A stretch of 38,508 nucleotides of DNA from an uncultured Muribaculaceae bacterium (GTDB taxonomy: Bacteria > Bacillota_I > Bacilli_A > RF39 > UBA660): positions 1 to 38,508 of the forward strand of contig CAYWKX010000001.1 in assembly GCA_964459185.1 (NCBI GenBank), read 5' to 3'. The notes below the pieces were generated by a model. It was not told the origin of the DNA and did not search any database. It worked only from the letters and a program-made list of their open reading frames with translations. The translations under genes and the position numbers were made by a program. Positions 1 through 8,447 of this stretch are shown one piece after another (the stretch's first letter is position 1; every line of letters begins with the position of its first letter).

Positions 1-427
1 TTCTCATCAATTTATGCAGATTGAGGGATTATTAATTGATAAAAATATAAGTATGGCTAATTTAAAAGGGACATTTGATCTTTTAGCAAAAAAACTATTC
101 GGTGACAATTGCGAAACAAGATTTCGTCCTAGTTATTATCAATTTACTGAGCCTTCAGTAGAAACAGATATTAGTTGTTTTAATTGTAAGGGAAAAGGTT
201 GCAATATATGTAAAAATACTGGTTGGATTACGGTTTCAGGTGCCGGGATTGTTCATCCTAATGTTTTAAAAAATTGTGGCTATGATCCAAAGATCTGGTC
301 AGGATTTGCTTTTGGTTTAGGGGCAGAACGTTTAGCTATGTTAAAATATGGTATTAGTGATATAAGAACCTTTTATCAAACTGATTTAAGAGAAAATAAA
401 GTTTTTGATCGAAAGGATGCTGATTAG
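1..427 (+). CDS. pheS: phenylalanine--tRNA ligase alpha subunit, C-terminal part (5' end lies outside the window)
   Basis: The frame is open from the window edge ([10 protein letters not shown]...). Class II motif-3-like [18 protein letters not shown] is present. The gene is immediately followed by pheT and ends in TAG at 425-427. Confidence 0.9.
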   Translation, partial: SHQFMQIEGLLIDKNISMANLKGTFDLLAKKLFGDNCETRFRPSYYQFTEPSVETDISCFNCKGKGCNICKNTGWITVSGAGIVHPNVLKNCGYDPKIWSGFAFGLGAERLAMLKYGISDIRTFYQTDLRENKVFDRKDAD

Positions 428-428
428 A

Positions 429-2801
429 ATGATAAGTTTAAATTGGGTAAAAGATTACATAGATTTAGACAACGAAGATTTACAACAATTAGCTGTCAAA
501 ATTACTAAAGCAGGTGTTAATGTTGAAAAGGTGGTAACAAATCGTATTAATAATCTTGTAATAGGAGAAGTATTAGAGTGTAGAATGCATCCTGATAGTG
601 ATCATTTACATGTTTGTAAAGTGGACGTTGGTAAAGATACTTTACAAATCGTATGTGGGGCTCAGAACGTTAGACAAAACTTAAAGGTTATTGTAGCTTT
701 GACTGGCGCAGTTTTACCAGGAAATTTTGAGATTAAAAAAACAACTATCAGGGGTATTGAATCTAATGGAATGATTTGTGCATTATATGAACTTGGACTC
801 GAACAAAAAACAGAAGAAACATTAAAAAAAGGTATATATGAATTAGAAGAGAAAGCCCCCGTTGGAGAAGATCCTTTTACATATTTAGAATTAAATGATA
901 CTTTATATGAATTAGATGTTCATAAACATCGTAATAACGATTGTTATTATCATATTGGATTTGCTTATGAGATTGCAGCTATTTTAAATAAAAAAGTAAA
1001 TTTACCAACAATAAAGACCAATCCAATTTCTACTAATATAGATAAACATTTTTCTCTAGATATAAAAACAGAGAAATGTCCATATTATTTAGCAAAAATG
1101 GTTACAGATGTTGTAATTGGGGAATCTCCAACTTTTATTAAAAATAGATTAACTAGAGTAGGGTTAAGACCAATAAATAATGTTGTAGATATTTCTAATT
1201 ATGTAATGTTAGAATATGGTCAGCCACTTCACTTTTTTGATAAGGACAAATTAGGATCCAAAATTATCGTTAGAGAGGCTACTGAGGGTGAAAAAATCAT
1301 TACCTTAGATAGTAAAGAAAGACTTCTTAATAATAATGATATTGTTATTACAAATGGTAAAAGTCCTGTTTGTATCGCTGGAATTATGGGAGGTTTAGAT
1401 ACAGAAATAACTCCTGATACTAAAAATATCTTAATTGAAAGTGCTATTTTTGATCCTATTAGTATAAGAAAAACATCTAATCGACTTAACCTAAAAAGTG
1501 AAGCTTCAATTAGATATGGTAAGGGATTAAATTATGAGTACACTAAAGAAGCTATTGAAAGAGCATGTTATTTATTAGAAAAATATGCTCATGCAAAAGT
1601 ATTAATGGGTACTATAATCCATGATAAAGTAGATAAAAAACCTAAAAAAGTAAGTTTTACTAATGAACAAATAAATACCGTTTTAGGAATTAATCTAACT
1701 AATAATGATATTGAAATAGAATTAAAAAAATTAGATTTCACTTATATAATAAATAATAATATTTTTGAAGTAACTATTCCTTTTAGAAGATTAGATATTG
1801 ATCCATTTGTTAATGATATTGCAGAAGAAATAGGTAGATTATATGGTTATCATAATATTAATGGTTTTTTACCTAAAGGTGTAATAAAAAAAGGAGAATA
1901 TTTAAAAGATTTAAAATATATAAGATTAATATCTAAAAGATTAAGGTCCTTAGGTTTAAATGAAACTAAAACTTATACTTTAGTTTCGCCAGAAATGTCT
2001 AAATTATTTAATTATGATGATTTATCTAATATTTCTTTATTAAATCCAATGAGTAGTGATAAAACAACACTTAGAACAACGATTATACCTTCATTATTAA
2101 ATATTTATGAGTATAATAAAGCTAGAAAAATAAATGATATCTTTTTATATGAAATAAGTAAAATCTATGATATTAATTATCAAGAGGATATAAAAATAGC
2201 TATTTTAATGAAAGGTAATTATCTATTTAACAGTTGGCAAAATAATAATATAAAAGTAGATTTCTATTTAATCAAGGGAATTGTAGAAAATGTTTTAGAT
2301 TATTTAGGATTTAAGAATAGATATTCATTTAATTTAAGTAAAATAAATGATTTACATCCCGGTATTTCAGCAGATATATTACTTGATCATGAAAGGGTAG
2401 GTATTATTGGAAGAATTAAACCTTCTTTATCTAGTGATGATATCTTTATCGCGGAATTATCAATGAAGAAATTAATGAAAAGTATTAAACCAATTAAATA
2501 TAAAGAAGCATCAAAATATCCGGATATAAAAAAAGATGTAGCTTTTATTGTATCAAAAGATTTAACCGCGATAGAAATAACTGATCAAATTAAAAAATCT
2601 GGTGGTAGATTACTTACCAATGTTAATGTTTTTGATGTTTATGAAGGAGAAAAAATAGATAAAGATAAAAAATCTTTAGCATTTTCCTTAACATTTTCCG
2701 ATTCAACAAGAACTCTAAATGATGAAGAAATAACAATAATATTTAAAAACATTATAAAAGATATATCAGAGAAGTATAAAGCACAAGTAAGAGATAAATA
2801 A
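429..2801 (+). CDS. pheT: phenylalanine--tRNA ligase beta subunit
   Basis: Product is 790 aa if started at ATG 429 (MISLNWVKDYIDL, a typical PheT N-terminus); the ORF is open from 405. It has an N-terminal tRNA-binding OB domain (HPDSDHLHVCKVDVG, IRGIESNGM), B3/4 and B5 regions and a C-terminal FDX-ACB-like domain. It follows pheS. Confidence 0.93.
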   Translation: MISLNWVKDYIDLDNEDLQQLAVKITKAGVNVEKVVTNRINNLVIGEVLECRMHPDSDHLHVCKVDVGKDTLQIVCGAQNVRQNLKVIVALTGAVLPGNFEIKKTTIRGIESNGMICALYELGLEQKTEETLKKGIYELEEKAPVGEDPFTYLELNDTLYELDVHKHRNNDCYYHIGFAYEIAAILNKKVNLPTIKTNPISTNIDKHFSLDIKTEKCPYYLAKMVTDVVIGESPTFIKNRLTRVGLRPINNVVDISNYVMLEYGQPLHFFDKDKLGSKIIVREATEGEKIITLDSKERLLNNNDIVITNGKSPVCIAGIMGGLDTEITPDTKNILIESAIFDPISIRKTSNRLNLKSEASIRYGKGLNYEYTKEAIERACYLLEKYAHAKVLMGTIIHDKVDKKPKKVSFTNEQINTVLGINLTNNDIEIELKKLDFTYIINNNIFEVTIPFRRLDIDPFVNDIAEEIGRLYGYHNINGFLPKGVIKKGEYLKDLKYIRLISKRLRSLGLNETKTYTLVSPEMSKLFNYDDLSNISLLNPMSSDKTTLRTTIIPSLLNIYEYNKARKINDIFLYEISKIYDINYQEDIKIAILMKGNYLFNSWQNNNIKVDFYLIKGIVENVLDYLGFKNRYSFNLSKINDLHPGISADILLDHERVGIIGRIKPSLSSDDIFIAELSMKKLMKSIKPIKYKEASKYPDIKKDVAFIVSKDLTAIEITDQIKKSGGRLLTNVNVFDVYEGEKIDKDKKSLAFSLTFSDSTRTLNDEEITIIFKNIIKDISEKYKAQVRDK

Positions 2802-2827
2802 AAAATTGATTGCAATCAATTTTTTTT
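2801..2827. terminator. bidirectional intrinsic terminator between convergent pheT and the spoIID-like gene
   Basis: Perfect palindrome AAAAATTGATTG/CAATCAATTTTT flanked by A-runs and T-runs on both strands. Confidence 0.75.
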
Positions 2828-4280
2828 ATAGACTATTTATATTTATATTTTGATAGTAATGATGTAAAATATCTTTATAATTATAACCCAATTTAGCCAT
2901 CTCATTTGCCCCATATTGACTCATTCCAACCGCATGGCCATATCCATAAGTAGTAACAACTAAATTATTACCTTCAATTTTTAATACAAAATCTGTTGAT
3001 CTTAGGCCTAGTTGTTCACGAAAAACTTTCCCCGCAATCTCTTTATTTTCTACTTTAACTGTCGTTATATGGTTAGTATCATTTCTAATTAGTTCAATAA
3101 TAGTACTTTCGTTTATATTTAGACCAAAGGTACTATTAACAATCCCTAAATCAAGTATAACTTCCCTTTGATAAGCAGAGGTGTTTTTATCCCAAGAGGA
3201 ATCAACACTTTTTAAATAAGGTATGCTATAACCCCAAACATTAATTGCATCTTCGGTGTAACCATTATTACATGAGTGATAAACGACATCAATATAGTTA
3301 CCATTATAAGTAGCGTATTCACCTTTAGTAGAGGCAACAACTCCTTTTATCTTTTTATAATAGGTATCATAAGTATTGCCCCAATAATCCTTAAGTTGAG
3401 TAGTATCCTTATATACCTGAGTTGATGTAGTATCAGTAATTACTTTTCCCGCTTTAATCTTTTGAAGTGCTAGAGTCCTAGCTAAAACTGATTGAGACTT
3501 TAAAGCTTCGACATTAAAGGAAGCGGGCATCTCAGAAGCAACTACACCCACCACATATTCCTCTAATTCAATCGTTAATACAGTTCCATTACTTCTATAT
3601 ACCGTTACATAAGTATTATTATCTACCACCTCAGTCTCTTTTGGAGCACTAATATCATTTGGGGGGGTAGTAGTTGAAGAAGGAGTAGTATTTTCTGTTT
3701 GAGTATTACTAACCTCATTATTTGGTGTTACATTAGAATTAGTATTGCTAACCTGATTATTTGGAGTTATATTAGAATCAGTATTACTAATCTCATTGTT
3801 TGGTGTTACATTAGAATTGGTATTATTAGTAGTTTCCTCTGTTACTTCATTTATAGCATCTTCCAATTTTTCAATAGTTTTTTCTTCATTTTCCACTACA
3901 GGGGAATCTAATCCAAAATGATTGGGTATTGATAATCCAGAATTATCTATATTTTTAATTGATTTTAATCCATTATAATTAACTATTTCTTCGATTGCGG
4001 TTGAAGAAACCAAACTATCATCATTATCTTTATTATTTATACCAATAAATATAGTAGCAATAACCATACCACCGACAACAATTCTAATTATATTTGTTTT
4101 ATATACTTTTTTAATTATATTAATATATTGCTTTATATTTTTAGCCAAATTTTCTTTATTAAAACTTCCAAATTCATAATCAAAATCTAAATAAAGATAA
4201 GCTATATTCTTATTATTCTCTTTTTTAATATCATATCCTGTTATCATAAAATCACCACTATTAGTATTCAATATTTTCAA
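2826..4280 (-). CDS. spoIID: SpoIID/LytB-domain protein (stage II sporulation protein D-like) with an N-terminal anchor and a repeat-rich linker
   Basis: C-terminal SpoIID-type motifs are present: VVASEMPASFNVEALKSQSVLARTLA, YHSCNNGYTED and GHAVGMSQYGANEMAKLGY. One TM segment (IVVGGMVIATIFIGI) is followed by an Asn/Thr/Ser-rich tandem-repeat linker. The start could instead be the internal Met at 4247. Confidence 0.8.
   Translation of the reverse strand: MKILNTNSGDFMITGYDIKKENNKNIAYLYLDFDYEFGSFNKENLAKNIKQYINIIKKVYKTNIIRIVVGGMVIATIFIGINNKDNDDSLVSSTAIEEIVNYNGLKSIKNIDNSGLSIPNHFGLDSPVVENEEKTIEKLEDAINEVTEETTNNTNSNVTPNNEISNTDSNITPNNQVSNTNSNVTPNNEVSNTQTENTTPSSTTTPPNDISAPKETEVVDNNTYVTVYRSNGTVLTIELEEYVVGVVASEMPASFNVEALKSQSVLARTLALQKIKAGKVITDTTSTQVYKDTTQLKDYWGNTYDTYYKKIKGVVASTKGEYATYNGNYIDVVYHSCNNGYTEDAINVWGYSIPYLKSVDSSWDKNTSAYQREVILDLGIVNSTFGLNINESTIIELIRNDTNHITTVKVENKEIAGKVFREQLGLRSTDFVLKIEGNNLVVTTYGYGHAVGMSQYGANEMAKLGYNYKDILHHYYQNININSL
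3703..3826. repeat. three full copies plus one partial copy of a 39-bp in-frame tandem repeat inside the spoIID-like gene
   Basis: Units lie at 3703-3741, 3742-3780 and 3781-3819, each differing by a few substitutions, followed by a partial fourth unit. They encode 13-aa repeats SNT(N/D)SN(V/I)TPNN(E/Q)(V/I). Confidence 0.9.
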
Positions 4281-4335
4281 TAAAATATAAGGGAAAACTA
4301 TTCTTTTGTTAAAGTAGTAGTATTATTATAAATAA

Positions 4336-4364
4336 TTGACATTGATATAAATATATGTTAGAAT
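4336..4364 (+). promoter_or_regulatory. sigma-A-type promoter (TTGACA, 17 nt, TGtTAGAAT)
   Basis: TTGACA at 4336-4341, a 17-nt spacer, and TAGAAT at 4359-4364 preceded by TGn. It lies 30 nt upstream of the AAGGAGG Shine-Dalgarno sequence of the 4395 ORF. Confidence 0.65.
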
Positions 4365-4394
4365 ATAAACCATTAAGTTTTAAGGAGGAAAATT

Positions 4395-4598
4395 ATGCTA
4401 AATCATACAATTCCTTATTTTGGGGAATATGAGACCATTAAAAAAATAGAAAGGGAAAATAATTATTATATTATAACAAAGTATAAAAATAATGATGAAG
4501 AATTAGATAAATGGAAATTATTTGTTAACGAAATAGTAACTAAGAAATTAGAGGGAGAATTTTACGGGGATTTAGAAAAATATTTGCTAAATAATTAA
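4395..4598 (+). CDS. hypothetical small acidic protein (67 aa)
   Basis: Strong Shine-Dalgarno sequence AAGGAGG 7 nt upstream of the ATG, with a consensus promoter upstream. I recognise no motif. It ends at a TAA that is in frame with the next ORF. Confidence 0.55.
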   Translation: MLNHTIPYFGEYETIKKIERENNYYIITKYKNNDEELDKWKLFVNEIVTKKLEGEFYGDLEKYLLNN

Positions 4599-4661
4599 AA
4601 TAAATATAAAAAGGCAAAACAATATTCTGTTGTTGAAGATAAGATAGCCTTAACTAATGTT

Positions 4662-5033
4662 TTGTTAATCGTAGGATCAATGACCATTGTGACATTAATA
4701 GTTCTAGCTTTGAATATAACTAGTCTCCCAGTAATTATGACGATGCTTAATGTGGTAATCGCAGTTACATCATTTACCTCTCTAATTACAATAGTTTCTT
4801 TTATAATCGGTAAATTACCTAAGAATAATAATAATAATAAATTTATTAAAAGTTATGAAAATTTTCAAGATATTCTAGAAAATTATAGATTAGATAATTA
4901 TAAAGATAAACAAAATGATTTAGTTAAAACTAATGCTAAAACAGAATTTACTGAAATTACCCCAATTGAACAAAATTATAATTTAACGGAAATTAAATCA
5001 AAGATTAAATCTAAAATTAAAGAACACGAATAA
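4662..5033 (+). CDS. hypothetical membrane protein (two predicted TM helices plus a polar tail); start uncertain
   Basis: Hydrophobic N-terminal half (IVTLIVLALNITSLPVIMTMLNVVIAVTSFTSLITIVSFIIG). The TTG start has no Shine-Dalgarno sequence. It is in the same frame as the 4395 ORF, with no stop in the 21 intervening codons. Confidence 0.45.
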   Translation: MLIVGSMTIVTLIVLALNITSLPVIMTMLNVVIAVTSFTSLITIVSFIIGKLPKNNNNNKFIKSYENFQDILENYRLDNYKDKQNDLVKTNAKTEFTEITPIEQNYNLTEIKSKIKSKIKEHE

Positions 5034-5047
5034 AATGTTCTTTTTTT
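5021..5047 (+). terminator. intrinsic terminator
   Basis: Stem AGAACA (5021-5026) pairs with TGTTCT (5036-5041), followed by a T7 run. Confidence 0.6.
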
Positions 5048-5060
5048 GATATAATTTAAT

Positions 5061-5306
5061 ATGAAAATATTTAATAAATTAGATACATTTATTAATGAAA
5101 AAAACTATTTAATAACTTATAAAAATGATTCAATTAATATAGTTAATTATTTAAAAATTATAAACTTTAGTTCTTCATTAATAGAAATAGAACATAAAAA
5201 TGGAATAACTATTATTAACGGTAAAGATTTAGTCATATCTAAATTAATGGAAGATGAGTTACTTATAATCGGAGATATCTATTCTATTGAATTTAAAAAA
5301 TCATAA
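5061..5306 (+). CDS. yqfC: sporulation protein YqfC
   Basis: The 81-aa product has the YqfC-like pattern (...ITIINGKDLVISKLMEDELLIIGDIYSIEF) and lies directly upstream of yqfD, as in Bacillus. Confidence 0.7.
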   Translation: MKIFNKLDTFINEKNYLITYKNDSINIVNYLKIINFSSSLIEIEHKNGITIINGKDLVISKLMEDELLIIGDIYSIEFKKS

Positions 5307-5324
5307 AATATTTTAGGTGGAATA

Positions 5325-6494
5325 ATGAACTATATCTTTAAAAATAATATCAAAATAAAAATATCAGGTCGAAATATAAATGGTTATTTAAAAAGAATTT
5401 TATTATATAAAATAAACATTATTAAATTAATTCCTCATTCATATAAAGAAATATATTTAATTATTAGTTATAAAGATTATCTTAAATTAAAAGATTATCG
5501 TTCTATTTATACAATTGAGATAATTAGTACATATGGAATAATTTATATAAAAGAAACAATAAAAAAGTATTTAATAATAATTATTTGTCTTTTTTTAGGT
5601 TTAAGTCTAAATATTTTTTTATCAAATATTATTTTTGAAGTTGAAGTTATTCATTCTAATTATGATATTATTAATTTATTAGAGAGTGAATTAGCAAATT
5701 ATAATATAAAAAAATATACTTTTAGAAAAAGCTATTCTAAAATTGAACAAATAATAAAAAACATTTTAAATAATAATAAAGATAAATTTGAATGGATTGA
5801 AATAATTAAATCAGGCACTAAATATATTGTTAGGGTAGAGGAGAGAAAAATTAATAAAAAAGATTTAACTTCTAATTATCAAAATATAATATCTACCAAA
5901 AGTTCAGTTATTACAGAAATTATTGCATATTCAGGTGAAAAAGTTAAAAATATCAATGATTATGTTAAAAAAGGGGATGTTATTATCTCGGGTGTTATAA
6001 CTTTACCAGATGGGACAACATCATTAACTAAAGCAATTGGTAAAGTCTATGGGGAGGTTTGGTATACTGTCACGGTAGAGTATCCATTTGTCTACAAAGA
6101 AGAAACGTTAACTGGTAAAGTGAAAAATGTTTATGTATTAAATTTTATAAATAAAAGAATATCCTTATTTGATTTTAAAAAATATAATACTTTTAAATAT
6201 AATACTAAAGTTATTTTTAATGATTCTTTAAATATTATTAGTTTTGAAAAAGAAAAACAATATGAAATGAAATTAATTGATGTTATATATAGTGTTGAAG
6301 AAATAAATGCTATTGCATATAACTTAGCTAGAGACAAATTATTAAGTCAAAATAAAAAGATAAGGAGTATTAAAAAAATAACCGTTATTGATAAGGAAAA
6401 CCTTAATACTAAGATGAAATATAAGTTCTTTATTTCTCTTATTGAAGAAATAGGGGAAATACAAAAAATAGAAGAAAATACTAACTTAGAATAG
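5325..6494 (+). CDS. yqfD: sporulation protein YqfD (stage IV)
   Basis: The 389-aa product has one central TM segment, matching YqfD size and architecture. It is paired with yqfC and has an AGGTGG Shine-Dalgarno sequence. Confidence 0.7.
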   Translation: MNYIFKNNIKIKISGRNINGYLKRILLYKINIIKLIPHSYKEIYLIISYKDYLKLKDYRSIYTIEIISTYGIIYIKETIKKYLIIIICLFLGLSLNIFLSNIIFEVEVIHSNYDIINLLESELANYNIKKYTFRKSYSKIEQIIKNILNNNKDKFEWIEIIKSGTKYIVRVEERKINKKDLTSNYQNIISTKSSVITEIIAYSGEKVKNINDYVKKGDVIISGVITLPDGTTSLTKAIGKVYGEVWYTVTVEYPFVYKEETLTGKVKNVYVLNFINKRISLFDFKKYNTFKYNTKVIFNDSLNIISFEKEKQYEMKLIDVIYSVEEINAIAYNLARDKLLSQNKKIRSIKKITVIDKENLNTKMKYKFFISLIEEIGEIQKIEENTNLE

Positions 6495-6539
6495 TATTTT
6501 CTTTTAAATTATGGTATGATATTTATGGAGATGAAGTAA

Positions 6540-6944
6540 ATGAACAGAAGCGAAGCTCGCTATCAAGCGATGACTATTTTATATCAAATATTCTTATATA
6601 AAAAAAATAAAATCAATTATCAAGTTCAAGAAGTAATTAAAGAACAGGTGGAAATAAGCAATAATTTTATTGAAGAACTCGTTTATGGTGTTATAGAAAA
6701 TATAGAAAAAATAGATGAATATGCTAATAAATATTTAGGTACTTGGCCAATAAATCGTCTAGGTTTTACTGATCAAGCAATTATTCGTATTGCAATATAT
6801 GAATTATTGTATACCAATACTCCAGATTTAGTTTGTATTAATGAAGCTATTGAATTAGCTAAAAAGTATTCTGATGAAAAAGTAAGTAAAATCGTTAATG
6901 GTATTTTAGATAAAATATATCATGAGAGGTTAAATAATGGATAA
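6540..6944 (+). CDS. nusB: transcription antitermination factor NusB
   Basis: The 134-aa product begins SEARYQAMTILYQ and contains AIIRIAIYELLY and INEAIELAKKY. Synteny with xseA and xseB supports the call. Confidence 0.9.
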   Translation: MNRSEARYQAMTILYQIFLYKKNKINYQVQEVIKEQVEISNNFIEELVYGVIENIEKIDEYANKYLGTWPINRLGFTDQAIIRIAIYELLYTNTPDLVCINEAIELAKKYSDEKVSKIVNGILDKIYHERLNNG

Positions 6945-8202
6945 TAAATATTTGACAATTACCGATATTAATCATTATCTAAAGGGTATCTTTGAAGATG
7001 ATATATTCTTAAGAAAAGTTTATTTAAAAGGCGAGATATCTAATTTCAAGGCTCATGGACGAGGACATTACTATTTTACTCTAAAAGATGAAGAGAGTAG
7101 GATTAATGCTGTAATGTTTTCTTATCAAGCTAGTAGCCTAAAATTCACACCTAGTGATGGAATGAAAGTCTTAGTAACGGGTAAGATATCTATATATGAA
7201 GCCACCGGTAATTACCAGATTTATATTGAAGAAATGATTGAAGATGGGGTAGGTAATCTATATATTGCTTATGAACAATTAAAGAAAAAATTAACCGATG
7301 AAGGGCTTTTTTCATTAGAGCATAAGAAAAAGATACCTAAAATACCCAGGAGAATAGGGATTGTAACTGCTTCTACAGGAGCAGCTATTAAAGATATTTT
7401 AACGACCATAAAAAGAAGATTTCCCATTTGTGAAACAATTTTATTTCCCTCTCTAGTTCAAGGAAACGAAGCTGCCAAAGATATCGTTAAAAAGATTGAA
7501 TTAGCCAATACTTATGAGTTAGATACATTAATAATAGGTCGAGGTGGGGGTTCTATTGAAGATTTATGGCCTTTTAATGAAGAAATAGTAGCAAGGGCTA
7601 TCTATAATTCCAAAATACCAATAATTAGCGCTGTTGGTCATGAAATTGATTTTACAATTGCGGATTTTGTGGCTGATTTAAGAGCACCAACTCCGACTGC
7701 AGCAGCAGAGTTAGCAGTTCCAGATATTAATAATATTGTTAATTATTTAGAAAATGCTAAAAATAGAAGTTATAATGCTATAGTTAATTATATAAAAAAT
7801 ACTAAAACTATTCTAGCTAAATTAACAGATAGCTATATTTTAAAAAGACCAATGACCATTTATGAAGTTAAAGAACAAAAACTAGATAATATTATTGATC
7901 GCTTAAATAAAGAAATAGTTATTATTATAGATAAATGTAAAACTAGATTAGTTAAAATTAGAGGTAATTATTTATTAAATAATCCTCATAATCTTTATAA
8001 GTTTAAAGAACAACAATTAAGACATCTTATAAGTGGGATAGAAGTATTAAATCCCTTAAATACTTTGAATCGAGGTTATGCAATTATTAGAAAAGATTCA
8101 AAAGTGGTGTCTAGTATTAATCAAGTAAAAACGGATGAGGAAATACTAATTAACTTAAAAGATGGAAATATTAAATCAAAGATCATTAAGGTAGGTGAGT
8201 AA
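6937..8202 (+). CDS. xseA: exodeoxyribonuclease VII large subunit
   Basis: N-terminal OB fold (VYLKGEISNFKAHGRGHYYFTLKDE) and catalytic region (GRGGGSIEDLWPFNEE, ISAVGHEIDFTI). It overlaps the end of nusB. Confidence 0.92.
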   Translation: MDNKYLTITDINHYLKGIFEDDIFLRKVYLKGEISNFKAHGRGHYYFTLKDEESRINAVMFSYQASSLKFTPSDGMKVLVTGKISIYEATGNYQIYIEEMIEDGVGNLYIAYEQLKKKLTDEGLFSLEHKKKIPKIPRRIGIVTASTGAAIKDILTTIKRRFPICETILFPSLVQGNEAAKDIVKKIELANTYELDTLIIGRGGGSIEDLWPFNEEIVARAIYNSKIPIISAVGHEIDFTIADFVADLRAPTPTAAAELAVPDINNIVNYLENAKNRSYNAIVNYIKNTKTILAKLTDSYILKRPMTIYEVKEQKLDNIIDRLNKEIVIIIDKCKTRLVKIRGNYLLNNPHNLYKFKEQQLRHLISGIEVLNPLNTLNRGYAIIRKDSKVVSSINQVKTDEEILINLKDGNIKSKIIKVGE

Positions 8203-8203
8203 G

Positions 8204-8434
8204 GTGGAAAAAAGTTTTGAAGAAAAAATAAAGGAATTAGAACTTATTGTTATAGAACTTGAAAATGGTGATATTAATCTTGATGATGCTATTGATAAAT
8301 ATTCAAAAGCGATGAAATTAGCAAAGGAATGTAATGATAAATTATTAAAAGTATCAGAAAAAGTTAATAAAATTTTGCTAGAAAATGGTAAATTAGAAGA
8401 TTTTAAATTAGAAGATAAACAAAACGAGGATTAA
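8204..8434 (+). CDS. xseB: exodeoxyribonuclease VII small subunit
   Basis: FEEKIKELELIVIELENGDINLDDAI is a typical XseB sequence. I prefer the GTG start at 8204 because an AGGTGAG Shine-Dalgarno sequence lies 7 nt upstream; the ORF is open from GTG 8195. Confidence 0.85.
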   Translation: MEKSFEEKIKELELIVIELENGDINLDDAIDKYSKAMKLAKECNDKLLKVSEKVNKILLENGKLEDFKLEDKQNED

Positions 8435-8447
8435 ACCTCGTCTTTTA
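8424..8447. terminator. bidirectional hairpin between convergent xseB and spoIVB
   Basis: ACGAGG (8424-8429) pairs with CCTCGT (8436-8441), followed by a T-rich run. Confidence 0.6.

Noticed and set aside
750-752. Possible AGG codon reassignment of the kind reported in some AT-rich uncultivated Bacilli.
   Set aside because: The AGG at 750-752 falls in the conserved PheT motif IRGIESNGM, where Arg is expected. There is no sign of a non-standard meaning.
3703-3826. Regularly spaced repeats of about 39 bp that could be mistaken for a small CRISPR array.
   Set aside because: The units are directly tandem with no spacers. They lie inside a long ORF, are in frame, and encode a coherent 13-aa peptide repeat.
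3699-3911. 70-aa ORF on the + strand with an internally repetitive peptide (ISITNLIIWCYIR...).
   Set aside because: It is antisense to the SpoIID repeat region. Its repetitiveness only mirrors the 39-bp repeats, and it has no ribosome-binding site.
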